Assembly: GCF_004010195.1 (NCBI RefSeq)
Contig: NC_057711.1
Location: forward strand, 77,660,925-77,724,924
DNA length: 64,000 bases
Direction of reading: 5' to 3'
DNA from: Chiloscyllium plagiosum
Lineage: Eukaryota
The notes below the pieces were generated by a model. The model searched no databases, was not told where the DNA came from, and was given only the letters and a program-made list of their open reading frames with translations. Position numbers and translations under genes: made by a program. Shown piece after piece: positions 41,640 to 54,693 of the stretch. The first letter of the stretch is position 1, and every line of letters begins with the position of its first letter.

Positions 41640-42444
41640 GTAAGTACCTTTCATACAGTTATTGTTATAATGTCTAAGGTTAGCAGAACTTTGTCTTTTT
41701 TAGGTTCATTTATTTGACTGGTGTCTGAGTGTCATGACATATCATCTGGATAGAATTCTTCACTAAATTACCCCTTCCTTTTTAACTTGCTAACTGTATT
41801 TAACTTCAAACCTGCTATCTCACTCTGCCTTGTCCCTGTTGTGAAGAAAGGTAATCAACCAAGAGGCAAATTGCTTCCCCCTCACCCACACGTGCTGCTA
41901 GACTTGCTGAATACTTTGCAGAATTTTCCTTTTTATTAATTCTGTGTGGACTATCTTCCTTGTTAATCGTATGGTACTTTGACCTATTGATATTAATGAA
42001 GATGTTAAAGTTTTAACCTTGCAAAGTTGAGTAACCAGTATGTTCTAATTCACATTCCCAGGATAATTTATGAAAGGTTATAAATGATATTATTTGGGAA
42101 CTTGGATTCTAGAGTGAAGGTAAATTTAGTTTTTGCTGTTGAGTGCTGAGCATGTCTGGTCCCTTTTTTTGTGAGAGTGGGTCAGAAAATTACTTGGAAT
42201 GCTGAGCTGCAGCTGACCTGTCTAAGAAATCATGTCACCTTGGCTAAGTGATGTGAATTAATGAATGTTAACTAAGTGTAACCTTTACAAACATGTAGAG
42301 GCTACAAATGCATGGAGTTAAGAAGAGGAGGTCCATACCAGCAGAGGAAGTTTTATAGTTTGTGGAAATCTGCAGGCCATTAGCTGGAGGGACATATTAA
42401 GCTGTTTGTAAGAGCCTCAAAGTAGTCAAAGTCAGAAAAGTCAA

Positions 42445-42985
42445 TTGCACAGAGTTCTGGTCACCACACTACCAGAAAGATGTAAATGCTTTCAAGAGGG
42501 TGCAGAAAATCTCTTTACTAGGATGTTGCCTGATATGGGGGATTTTAGCTTTGAAGAAAGGTTGGATAGACTGGTTTTGTTTTCACTGGAAGGTGGGATG
42601 TTGAGTGTTTATAACCTTATGAATGACATGGATAGAGTGGAAAGTATGAGGCTTTTTTTCTGGGGTGGAAGGGTCAATGCCAGGGGACATAGGTTCAAGG
42701 GGTGGGTGGAGTAGAGTTGTTTTGTGGTGTGTGGAATTTAAGAGATGCGCAAGACAACTTTGTTTTTTCACATACAAAGTGCATTGAGTACCTGGAACGC
42801 ATTGCCAGACGAGGTAGTGGAAGCAGACACAATAACAGCATTCAATAATACATGTAATAGGAAAGGAATAGAGGAATACGGTTCATGTAAGTTAAGATGG
42901 TTTTAGTATGGAAGGACAAAATGTGCCGGTGCAGTCTTGGAGGAGTGATGGGCCTATTCTTGTGCTGTATTGTTCCTTTTGTTCC
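42445..42985 (+). mobile_element. CR1 3' fragment
   Basis: FTRMLP, EERLDRL.LFSLE, RGHRFK motifs. Confidence 0.75.
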
Positions 42986-44034
42986 TCGTGGCATGCCTGT
43001 GTCTTGGTGAGAGAGCAATTCACATCTGGTGAATTTGCAAAAAGTCTTTGCAAGAAAATGCTTACACCTTCTCAGTTGAGAGGCTGAAATTAAGAGTATT
43101 ACTTCATTAGTGTTGAGTGTTTATAGTGAATAATGCTGGGGGGAAAGGAAGGTTCAAATGTTTAGTTTTTGTTGTTTGATATTTTTTTCTAAATTGTCAT
43201 AACTTGTTTTAAGTTTTGTCTGGAATTTTTATATTCATTTGTTTAAAAGTACATTGACTGTATTTACACAAGATAGTCAGTTAGTGACTCACTGTGATAA
43301 TCCAAAAGTCAAAAATAAGAGTTGTCTCTCAAAACAAATTTCACTTTAGAACCTGACTTGCCTAGTAAGTCAGCTGGGGTCATGATAAAGTTTTTCTCTC
43401 TGGTTAAAACTAAATTTTAATGTTGCTTACTAAAGCAAAGTACTGAAGGTCTTGAAAGCCCAACACAAAAGAGGAGAAAGATCTGGAAACAGGAGTAAAT
43501 CTGGCAAAGTGTGGCAAGTGAAAGAGTTAATGTTTTGGGTTGTTAAAACTGGGACACATTATAATGACAGTTCAAGTGCAATTTTAAGTAAGCGCAACGT
43601 CTTGGCTGGGGGGGGAGCAGATGAGTGGAAAAAAACAAAAAGAATACTTTTGTGGTCTGAAAATGAGTAACTGACAAGAGTTGACGGTGCAAAGCTCAAA
43701 TGGAGTGGCTATGGGGCTGAAAAAAATGAGAGCTGTGATTTATAGCAACAGCTGGCATTCAAAGCCAACTGGAAAGCAAATGGTATGTTGGCCTTTTGTT
43801 TCAAATGGAGCAACATAACAGTAGGGATGTCTTGCTAAAAGTATGGAAGACCTTATTTAGACCACATCTGGAATACTATGATCTGTTTGATCCACTTATC
43901 TAAAGACATTGGGCTTATTGCAAAGGTTTCATTTGGATAGTTCTGGGATTGTAAAGGGTCTGAGTCCATGATTGGTGTGTTGATGTTTAGCTGCCTTGCA
44001 GGGAAAAACTTATGATCAATCGTATGTAATAGAA

Positions 44035-44345
44035 TCATTGGATACTTAGACTATTGAAGTGGGCTATTCGGCCCATCAAATCCACACCGATTTGTCGAAG
44101 AGCATCCCACCCAGACCTCTGCATTTCCTGTGGCTAATCCACTTAGCTTGTACATCCATGGAAACTAGGGGAATTTAGTATGGCCAGTCCACCTAACCTG
44201 CAATCTTTGGACTGTGGGAGGAAATTGGAGCAACAGACGTGGATAATGTGCAGACTCTGCATGCATTTACCCAAGGGTGGAATCGAACCTGGTTCATTGG
44301 TGTTTGTGAGGCAACAGTGTTAACCATTGAGCCACTGTGCCACTC
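44035..44345 (-). mobile_element. Degenerate HE1-like SINE
   Basis: ccacctaacctgca..tttggactgtgggaggaa body and tRNA-like head. Confidence 0.75.
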
Positions 44346-47300
44346 CAGATTTGGCTCTGCATAGTCAAGACTCTGAACTCATTGAGATCTGACTTTGGTT
44401 AAGGATAGCTGACATAAATTTTCCCTGTGTGCACACAGGGTGAATTTAGAAGCGGATTAAAGTTTTAATTATTAGTATGGTTTATCTGTTTACCAGGAAT
44501 TAAACTATAGCTACAGTAATAAATAAATAGTTCCTGTTCAGTACAGAAACCTGGTTCTTGCTTTCTATCAACCTTGGTTTGAAAGCTAGATAAATCAGGG
44601 AACTGCGTATTTTTAAAAGAAACTTTTTAACATTTTGGGATCTCTTCAGGAATAATCAGTCTGATTGACGGCACACTAACTCAGTGAGTCAAAATAGTAA
44701 CCTGTTGCTGAAGAATGATTTAAATGCATAATTTGGCAGTGTGTGACAATGGGTGGTTTTTCTGGTTGCAACAAAAATGGGGGTTAGAATAATACTGATT
44801 GTTAGGAATCTGTAATTGTGATTAATCTGAAACATGAATTTCAGTTGAACTTAGATTTTGGTGATTAACTTCAAGAGGACTCAAGCCAGTGGAACGTGTG
44901 GAGTTAGAGCAGATAAAACGTCATGCAGACAGGAAGAACAAGAAGTGGAAATCCATTTCAAAGATGGTACCATTCTGAAATGGGTTCAAGAACAGAGAAC
45001 CCAGGAGGTTTATATCCATAAGTCATTGAAGATGACAGGGCAGAAAACATCTGAGATCCTTGCTTTATAAATAGAAGCATGGAGTACAACTCCTGCTTCT
45101 CTGAACATTTCTTAATAAGTGGTTTGGTCCATACTGAAAAATTGCATTTTTTTTTGGGCACTGGAAGTGAGGGATTTCAATTATATGAATAGATTGTTGA
45201 TGTGAGATTTATTTCCATTTGGAGAAGAGAAGTTTAAAAAAAAATTTGAGTTGCTCAATGTCACGAGGAGATTTGAGTTGATCAGTGTCGCTAAGTAGAG
45301 CAGTTTAAGAGAAACTGTTCCCAATGGCAGAAGCATTGAGAATCATAAGCTGTTGAAAGAAGGTGAATGACAAGGACTAACCTCTACATGCAGCAAGTAG
45401 TTACGACCTTGAAAGTAGTCCCTGGAGAGTATGGTGGAGACTGATCAATTGATTAAATTATAGCATTCAAGTTGGAAATGAATAATTAGGGGAAGATAAA
45501 ATTTTGCAGGGCATCCTAAGCAGGATGCAGGTTTGGGGAAAGCTGAATTTGTCTTGCCGAGAACTTGCACAGCCCCAAATTACCTTGTTCTGCCCTGCAA
45601 GCGTTCTTTACCCACCTTGCTAAAGTCATCATAGTTGAACTGGACTATAGGCTGCTTTCACAGTTTGTGGCGCCAGTTGGCTAAGCTGGAAAACCTTGAA
45701 GACACACAGATGTAAATTAAAAAAAAGTGAAAGCACAATCTGCTTTCAGTCAAGGATGAAATTACATTATCATCATTGTCAAAAAATGGGCTGCTGTTTT
45801 TAAGTAGCAGAAATGCATAATTTCATGAGCACTGGCATGGTCCTAAGCGATGTACTAAGTAGGTTTTCAATTAACAAAACAACTAGAGAATCATAAATCA
45901 TTTGTTAGGTAAAACTAAATTTGCAATTCACTGATAAGGACCTTCATTCTATGCCTTTTGAGGCAACAAGTTTTTTTTTCGCTGATACACTCAAGTATTA
46001 TTGACCTCTGAAGACCATAGTCTGGCTAATGAGAAGCATTTGATCTGGAAGATGTGTAGGCAGTTTACACACCCTTTGTCACAAAAATTTAAGGCTACTG
46101 CTGGCGTTGTAAATGAGGAATGTGAATACATTGTTTAACATACCACATTTCAATATGACATATGCATCAAATGTTGGAGGATACCATTGTGCTTAAGTGA
46201 TTTTAAGTGTTCCATTAACTCAGATGTACTGAAGTTGTGGTTATGAATTGAAAAATATGGGGCAAGATCAAAAACTTTTATTAATCATATCTTGTAGATG
46301 TGGCTACTAGGTTCAGCATAGTGTGTAAGATTATGGAAAAGTGAGGTCACACAAGCTTGGGAATGCCAACAAACTTTCCAACAGATAAGGGAGGAGAGTT
46401 TGCAAACTACCAGTTTAGGGACATATACAAAAACTTAAATGTAGCTGTGAATACTGCAGAATCATTTGGCAGTGACTTGCGTGATAGAAATCACAGCAGT
46501 TAATTTAAGTTATTATACAACATTCTGTCAGATCAGCCAAATTGCTGGTTGCTCACAGACGTGGTGTGTACAAATGGTTAGCATGTTTCACCTGTACCAA
46601 TTAATATGCAACTGTAATCCAAAATTGTCTTCCATATTATGTGATGATCTCTGACTATAGAGGGTACAACTAGTAATTCCATTTTTTTTTTTCTATTCTA
46701 TATGCTGGCAGGACAGGGTGCAGAAAAAGTCAGATAGCATTAAGACATTGCACAAAACCTTTTTTGATGTGTTAAGAACAAATGAGTTTTAAAAGAATGT
46801 TATCTATGAAATAAATAAGAAATTTAAAATTGGTAATCAGACTTTTGAGTTGATAGATTTGGAGGTAAAACAGGGTGAATCAGATTTAACTTTATCCTTA
46901 CTCCATATAAAATTGTTTTTTTTAATAGATTAGGAAAAGACTAGAGCATGCTGGAGTTTGTATTGAACAATTATACACAAACAGTTGTGAAAACTGACTC
47001 TTTTTTTTAAATGATTGACTAGCAATATAATATAATCAACTGTCAAAGACTGAAAGACCAGAAAAGATGAGGGCAAGTTTACCTTTGTAGTGCCTCCTAT
47101 GATGTCATTTGTACTTTGGTAAGAGCTACTTTTGTGCTATTGATGGTGTAAACTTGGTTAGAGGGATTCAGATCAGTAGTTCTGTTGTTTAGAGTTGATA
47201 ATCCTGAGATCTTCATGAGAAAGGATGGTGGTGACCAATGGTTAGGAAGTAAATAGAAATGATTTTAGCAACAGGCAGCTATAGAGATGGCTGATGGGTG

Positions 47301-47626
47301 TTGATGTAGGTGCAGAGGAGGGGAGATCCTGAAAGGACGAGGGGGAACTGTTCTCTTGATGATCCCTACCCCTTTTGATCTTGGTCTTTCGCTCTATCAC
47401 ATCCTCTATTGTGCTCACTCTCACTCAAACCCTGTTGCCCAGTATCTAGAATCACAAGAATTTAATTTGGAGGGTTTTTTGATTTGCACCTAGTTTGGAT
47501 CTGTCAGTTTCATGCACAGATGAGTGGGTAAGATTGAGATGAGAAGTTATTGAAGTTCCGAGCGAGAGTTCAGCTGTGCTGATGACTCTGGATACATAGT
47601 GCTGATGCTGCTCTTTTTAACAAGTT

Positions 47627-49077
47627 TATGTTGTCATTGGGTCTTTTTTTTCCAGCGAGGTCCTGAAAGATACCAGACTCAGAAAAGTCGGAGGTTAAAG
47701 GATTTCAGGGGCCAATTTGATTATAGCTAATAGATACTACCTCAGGCAGAAGGCTTTCGAATTTTAAAACAACTTGTACAATGAGAGTGGCATAGTTAGT
47801 TCTCTCAGCTCAGCTTTTCTTTGGTTTGGTTTAGTTTTTTAGGTCCAGCTGCTTTTACAACTCTACTGCTAAAGGAGCAGGTCCATGCTGATCCTCCTCC
47901 CTCTGACTTGTCTCCTGTAAGACCTTGTGTTTAATTTTCCTTTTTGTGCCAAAAGGTATTTATGGGAATTGTGGCAAGTATTTGGCACAGCATCATTAAG
48001 TGGGGATAGTCTGCTGGGTTTTCGGATAGGTTGTTATTCTGTATTCTGTTATTTTTTTAATGTTTCATTCAGTAATCTTGTAAATAAATTCTGTTTTACT
48101 TTCAAGAGATGTACAGCACAGAAACAGACCCTTCGGTCCAATTCATCCATGCTGACTAGATATCCTAACCTAATCTAGTCCCATTTGCCAGCTTTTGAAC
48201 CATATCCCTCTGAATCCTTCCTATTCATATACCCATTCAGATGCTTTTTAAGTGCTGCAATTGTACCTCCACTTCCACTGGTAGCTCATTCCATACATGC
48301 CCAACCCTCTGTGTGAAAACGTTACCCTTTAGGTCCCTTTTTATATCTTTCCCCTCTCACCCTAAACCTCTGCCCTCTAGTTTTGGATTCCCCGGGAAAA
48401 GAGTTTGTCTATTTATCCTCTCCATGCCCCTCATGATTTTATAAACCTCTATAAGGTCACCCCTCAGCCTCTGATCCTCCAGGGATAACAGCCCCAGCCT
48501 GTTCAGCCTCTCCCTATAGCTCAAATCCTCCAACCCTGGCAACATCCTTGTAAATTTTTTCTGAACCCTTTCAAGTTTCACAACATCTTTCCGATAGGAA
48601 GGAGACCAGAATGGCATGCAATATTCCAAAAGTAGCCTAACCAACGTCCTATATAGCCGCAATATGATCTCCCAACTCCTATACTCAATGCTCTGACCAA
48701 TAAAGGAAAGCATACCAAATGCCTTCTTCACTCTGGTATCTACCTGCCACTCTACTTTCAATGAACTATGAACCTGCATTCCAAGGTCTCTTTGTTCATC
48801 AACCCTCCCTAGGACCTTATTAAGGGATTTGCTTTTCCAAAATGCACCACCTCAGATTACCTAAATTAAACTCCATTTGCCACTCCTCCAGCCCACTGGC
48901 CCATCAGATCAAGATCCTGTTGTACTCCAAGATAACTTCCTGTTTTGATTCAAACTGAGTAGTTTGGCCAGCTGCATCTGTCCTGGATTATCTGTTACTC
49001 CTTAAAACAACTAGCAAAATTAGGGACTGGGTTACTTTCTTGAAAAGTTTTGAGGGGGTCTGGCCTGGTCCATAACA
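47627..49077 (+). mobile_element. Possible LTR split by a CR1 insertion
   Basis: AATAAA at about 48083, sequence resumes after the CR1 (ctgtttt duplicated) and ends ...CCATAACA; 5' boundary uncertain. Confidence 0.35.
48103..48938 (-). mobile_element. CR1 3' portion
   Basis: ORF 48357..48779 LERVQKKFTRMLPGLEDLSYRERLNRLGLLSLE..RLRGDLIEVYKIM. Confidence 0.9.
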
Positions 49078-49275
49078 GCTGAAAATGTGTTGCTGGAAAA
49101 GCGCAGCAGGTCAGGCAGCATCCAAGGAGCAGGAGAATCGACGTTTCGGGCATGAGCCCTTCTTCAGGAATGCCCAAAACGTCGATTCTCCTGCTCCTTG
49201 GATGCTGCCTGACCTGCGCTTTTCCAGCAATACATTTTCAACTCTGATCTCCAGCATCTGCAGTCCTCACTTTGT
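49078..49275. mobile_element. Palindromic Penelope-derived mini-element with a 14-bp target-site duplication
   Basis: Arms 49077-49153 and 49170-49243 are reverse complements; CCTGGTCCATAACA at 49064-49077 and 49276-49289. Confidence 0.8.
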
Positions 49276-50131
49276 CCTGGTCCATAACAACCTGGCAAAG
49301 CAACGTGGTGTGGGTAGTGTCTGAGTTGGAGCCGGGAATGGAATTGCACATGTATATTAAGCACACACAAGAATCCAAAGTCTTTCTTGAGAGGAGCAGT
49401 CTGAGTTGCAGCTCTGAAAATACAAGATAAGGGATATCCTGGCAGCAAACTTAGGACATTGATCCCCCCCCCCCCCCCCCCCCCCCCCCAATTACAGGAC
49501 TGTTCCTTTACAGTTTGGGGTTGGTGCTTGCCTATTTTGGGGCATGTAGCTAAAAGTTAACTTTATAGTAAGTTGTCTTTTCTTTTGCTCAATCTTCTAC
49601 TTTGCCCACTTCTGGTGCCTTTTATAGTCGTTTGCTGTGTTCTGAGATTCCAATATTTGTTACAAACTAATTTGTTCCCAATGCCTGAATCGAAATGTTA
49701 CATGTGCATGAAGATTCATATTCATTCTAACTTCTATCCCTCCTTCAATCCAAGCAACTCCTTCTTCTCCTGCTTACATTTTCCTTCCTATAACTTTGCA
49801 TCCATGGTCGGATTTCTTTGATGGGGTGCACTCTTTTCTCTGTCTTTAATAAAAACCTGCGCTGTGAGAAGTTAGAAGTCATCTTTTCATTTGAATTGTC
49901 AAATCACCTTTTTTAAAAAAAACCCTCTAAACTTGTATTTTTCTAAGTCTGTGTTGCTGGACAAAACTTTGTATTGTTAGTACATGGACTCTTAACTGAA
50001 ATATCTTCATCTCTGGAATGTCTGGTGGAGGGTTAATGTCTTTATCTGTTGGTATTTGCCATCCTGCGGCACTTTAGATTTTTGGTTGCCTATTTTCATT
50101 TTCATTTTGACAAAACTTTGTTTATTTTTAG

Positions 50132-50227
50132 GTAAACTTGAACTGAAAATACCATGGAAGAATCTATATGGACAAGCAGTGGAAGCTACATTGGATGGAA
50201 TCTATGTGCTTATTGTTCCATGTGCCA
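50132..50227 (+). CDS. VPS13A: VPS13A coding exon 4: (G)KLELKIPWKNLYGQAVEATLDGIYVLIVPCA(S)
   Basis: tttattttTAG acceptor, A|GTAAGC donor, 96 nt, IPWKNLY motif of Chorein_N. Confidence 0.9.
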
Positions 50228-52859
50228 GTAAGCAAAAACATAATACTGCAGTCATTTTAGTTTCTCGTTGAAAGCAGTGTACAGACCAGACTCTACTAAT
50301 CTGTACTTGTAAAATCCAAATTTAAATGTCCACTGTTAGACGTGATCCTATGATTGGGCAGCACCTGCTGAACAATCCTGTGTGCGCTAGTAGTTGCACT
50401 GGTAGTCAGTTTATAAAAGATCTGTCAAACTCAACATGCTCACTGTCTTGCTAGAAACATCATGAGTTAACAGAGAGGGACGACTCTGCAAAGAGAGAAG
50501 TATGTTGGAAGTTAGCTTTTTTGGCATTACCTGGATCCTGTAGTTACTTAATGGCAGTGCGCCTCAACTGAGTCAATTTGCTAACCGCTATGCACCCTTT
50601 TCTCCTGTGATCCAAATTCTTGTGATCATTTTAAAGTTAGAATTCTTATCCTGGTGAGTGCAAGGTAAAAAGTTTTGGAAGCTTGTTTTTCTTCAGTCAG
50701 TTTATAGTCGGTGTAACAGAATCTCGATTCAGAAATAATTTAGACCTCTTGTCTATATAATGGCCTTTCAGTGTGAAGGTGACACTTATACACTTGGAAG
50801 TTCTTCAGGTGAATAAATTTTCCAATATTTTCCAGCAATTTGTGAACCATTTCAGTTTTGCCAATTATTTGATTGTAGCATTGTTGAGCATTTAGCTTTT
50901 GTTTTAAATATAAATTCATTACATTTAGTCATCAGTGAACTTTGTTGCATGTGGCTACCACTTTTCCAGTATAAAATGCCAGAATGTTAGATTGCTGAAG
51001 ATGTTTTAAAGATCTTTTTAGAAGTTTTGGATTTGTTGTATTTGGTTTTCTGACTGAATTCCAAACTTTGTTCAAGCTGTTAAGTAATGTTGTATTAAAA
51101 CTTTAATATGTTGCCTCCTTAGAAGGATCTTCTAACTCAATACCACTTTCTCGAGGGCAAGTAGAGATGGGCATGAAATTCAGGCCTTGCCAATGATGCT
51201 CATGCTCCATGAATCGAATAAATCTAGTTTTGCAATAAGAAAGACGCATAAAAGAATACTGCCTCATTTTGATCTTCCACTGTAAATGCCCCACGGATAT
51301 TGACTATCCAACAAAGATGATGGCCCCATCTGTCAGAGTGGGTGATTCAGGAATAAGCCTTTTTAAAAACTATAATACTCATTGCTCATTTTGGTCTGTA
51401 GCGATTCTTCAAAATTTGTAATGCTTAATATGTTTATAGTTTATTTTAAACTGTTACAGGGTTTAACAACTTCACTAATTTAAAAAGTGTTGTTTACAGC
51501 TACCAGCAAAAATACTTACTTATTTGAATGTTCAAATTGTTTACTAGTAAAGTTTGTTGTATAATTACCTGAAGTTGCCAGCTCCTATCGATTTGCAGTC
51601 TCTTTATGACTTTTCAGTTGGGTTTCTCCTTCATACCTGCAGTGCTTTTTATCTTTGCTGCAAAGTTTCTGTTCTCTGTATGTTTTTGGAAGGATATGAA
51701 CGCTTTGGAGAAAATGAGCAAGAGATTTAGAAGAATGATTCCTGAAATGTGAACTTCAGCTATTAAGCTAGATGGGAGTTGGCCTTCTCATGATTTTGAA
51801 CATTTGTATCCAGTTTCCTCTTTGTTTCCCTCAGGAGAAGTTTGTGTAGTAGATTGGGTGAAACAGTTCCTGCTCATAGACTACTCCAGAATGAGAAGGC
51901 ACAGTTGGTTTGCACATAAACTAACAGTGAAATGAAAAGAAACTTTCCATAATGCGACAAGTTGGGGTCTGGATTGCATTACTTGGAAGAGTGACACAGG
52001 CAGCTTCAATTGAAGCATTTAAATTGGTATTGGATAATAGAGAAAATGTGTAAGGTCAGGGAACGAGCAGGGCGATGGTAATTTATGATGCTTGTTTGAA
52101 GAGCTGATGTAGTTATGATGGGCTGAATGGCCACTATTTGTATTGCAATGATTGAGTCTGTGTTCAATAACTTGTAGGCCCATTGCTGTAAAAGAGGTAT
52201 GTTAACATTCCATGTTCGCCAGCCAAGCTTCTCTTGCAATCTCTATCCAGTTGTGGTCTGTATACTAAAAATTTGGCTGACCAGATCGGAGTTAATAAAT
52301 ATTCTGTTTTCAGCCATATTAGAGGATAAACATACGCAGTGTTGAAGTGATTGAGAGTAGCTTGCAAATCTGCAGTGTGAGCATTGATACTGCTGTCATC
52401 CATACGCTGAGGTCATGTATTCTATGGTGATCACTATAGCTGTGATGGAGGTGATTGAGCTTGGTGTTTTCCACCGAGGTTTATTTAATAGTGCCCTGAG
52501 AAGGAAGTTCATCTTTTTTGGGTGAATAAGCACTCTAGTAGATTGTAAATTAGTGTGGGACTATTACACAGCCGTGTTTTGATTCTGTTCGAGAGGGTGT
52601 AAGCCACTTTCAGATCTGCTGAAGACAGTTGCAGTCAAATCGATATGGAGCAGATGAGGAATTGAGATATAATCTCTTGGACATCAAAACTCTGAAGAGC
52701 AATCCACGTTGAATTCACCACAAACTACTACGAATGACCTGGAAACTATCAGCTGCCACTGTGGATTCACTCTAGGAGAGTTTATTTTAAATTGATATCG
52801 TATTGATGAATAGTGTCCTCCAGCTCTTTTTTTTTTGAAGTAGGGACTCTTGAATATGT

Positions 52860-54691
52860 TGAGCACTAAGTCATAAAATAAGAGGCCATGTGTTGGAGAT
52901 AGTGTATTGGCATGTATAAAGAATTGGCAGCAAGTGAGGATAAGGGTTTATTTCCCCCCAGGTTGGCAATTTGTGACCAGTGGGGGTTTCACAGAGATCT
53001 GTGCCAGCGACTGTTTACAATACGTATTAATGACTTGGAGGAAGGAAGTAGCTGAATTTGCAGACAATACAATAGGTGGAAAGGCAGATTGAGTGAGAGA
53101 TGCAAACATTTACCAAGAGATGTTGCAAGGTTAAATACATGAGCAGAAATTTAGCAAATGGAGTATTAATGTGGGGAAAATGTGAAGTTTATTTTTGAAG
53201 GGAGATGATTATTTAAATGGAGGAAAACTTCAGAAAGTTGCAACACAGGGGGTTGGGAGGTACTCTTAGGTGAAATTGAGAAAGCTAGCACACAAGTGCA
53301 TCAGGCAATCAGGGAAATTATTAGAATGTTGGCCTTTATACTCCAACCCCCTTGAAATAAGAGTAGGGAAGGCTCACTAGTACTACACGGTGCTTATGAG
53401 ACCACATCTGGAGCACTGAGCAGTTTTTATCCCCTTTTTAAGAAATGAGATATCATTTTCATTGGAGGCAATTCAGAGGAAGTTCACTAGGATGATCCCT
53501 ATGGAAGCAAGGAAGGTATGGAAGAACTGTCCAACAAGCAAAGATTAAACAGATTGGGACTTTACTTATTGGAATTTAGAATGTGAAGTGATCATTTCGG
53601 ATTAGAGACAAGACCATAAGACATAAGAGCAGAAATTCAGTCATTCAATCATGGCTGTTAAGTTTCTCAACCCCATTCTCCTGCTTTTTCCCTGTAACCC
53701 TTGATCCCCTTGACAATCAAGAACCTATCCATCTCCATCTTAAATGCAGTCAATGACCTGACCTCCACAGCCTTCTGTGGCAGCGAATTCCATAGATTCA
53801 CCATACTCTGGCTGAAGAAGTTTCTCCTTATCTCCATTCTAAAAGATCTTCCCTTACTCGAAAGCTGTGCATCCCGGTCCTTATCTCTCCTACCAGTGGA
53901 AACATCTTCCCAACATCCACTCTGTCCAGGTCATTCTGTATTCTGTAATCTTCAATTAGATCCCCCCCTCACCCTTCTAAACTCCACGGAGTATAGACCC
54001 AGATCTTCAAACATTCCTCATATGTTAAGCTTTTCATTCCTGGGAGCATTTGTCGTGAACCTCTTCCTAATGCACTCCAGGGCCAGTACATTCTTTGTGA
54101 GATATGGGACCCAAAACTGCACTCAATACTCCAAATGAGGCCTGACCAGAGCCTTGTAGAGTCACAGAAGTACATTCCTGCTTTTATATTCCTGTCCTCT
54201 CAAAATAAATGCCAACATTGCATTTGTGACCCAAAGTGCAAGTTTTCGTTGAGAGACTCCTGGACTAATACTCCCAAGTCATTTTGCAATTCAGACTTCT
54301 GAATATTCTCCCCATCTAGAAAGTAGTCTGTGCCTCTATTCTTCTTTCCCACATTGTACTGCATCTGCCGACTCTCCTAATCTGTCCGAATCTTCTCCTC
54401 TCTCCCTCCTCCCCCCCCCCCCCCCCCCCGCCCCCCAAACTCCCCCCCCCCGCCCCCCCCCCCCCCCCCCCCCCTGCCGGTCCCCCAATGCTTCTATCTC
54501 TGTGTTTGCCTCATCTGCAAACTTAGCCAGAATGCTCTCCATTCCTTCATCTAGATCGTTAATGTATAAAGTAAAAAGTTGTGGTCCCAACACTCAGCCT
54601 TGCAGAACACTACCTGTCACAGCTGCCCTCCTGAGAAAGACCCTCTTATCCCCACACCCTGCTTTCTGTCAGACAGCCAATCTTCTATCCA
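52860..54691. mobile_element. Two tail-to-tail CR1 fragments (+ 52860-53600; - 53615-54691)
   Basis: EFADNTIGG on +; LGPQLFTLYINDLDEG..AKFAD on -. Confidence 0.75.
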
Positions 54692-54693
54692 TG

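Noticed and set aside
42030..44690. Additional LTR-like segments (about 42030-43390 and 43940-44690)
   Set aside because: Composition suggests LTRs but I could not fix termini or TSDs
50056..50271. 71-aa ORF as a standalone gene
   Set aside because: It is exon 4 plus intronic read-through
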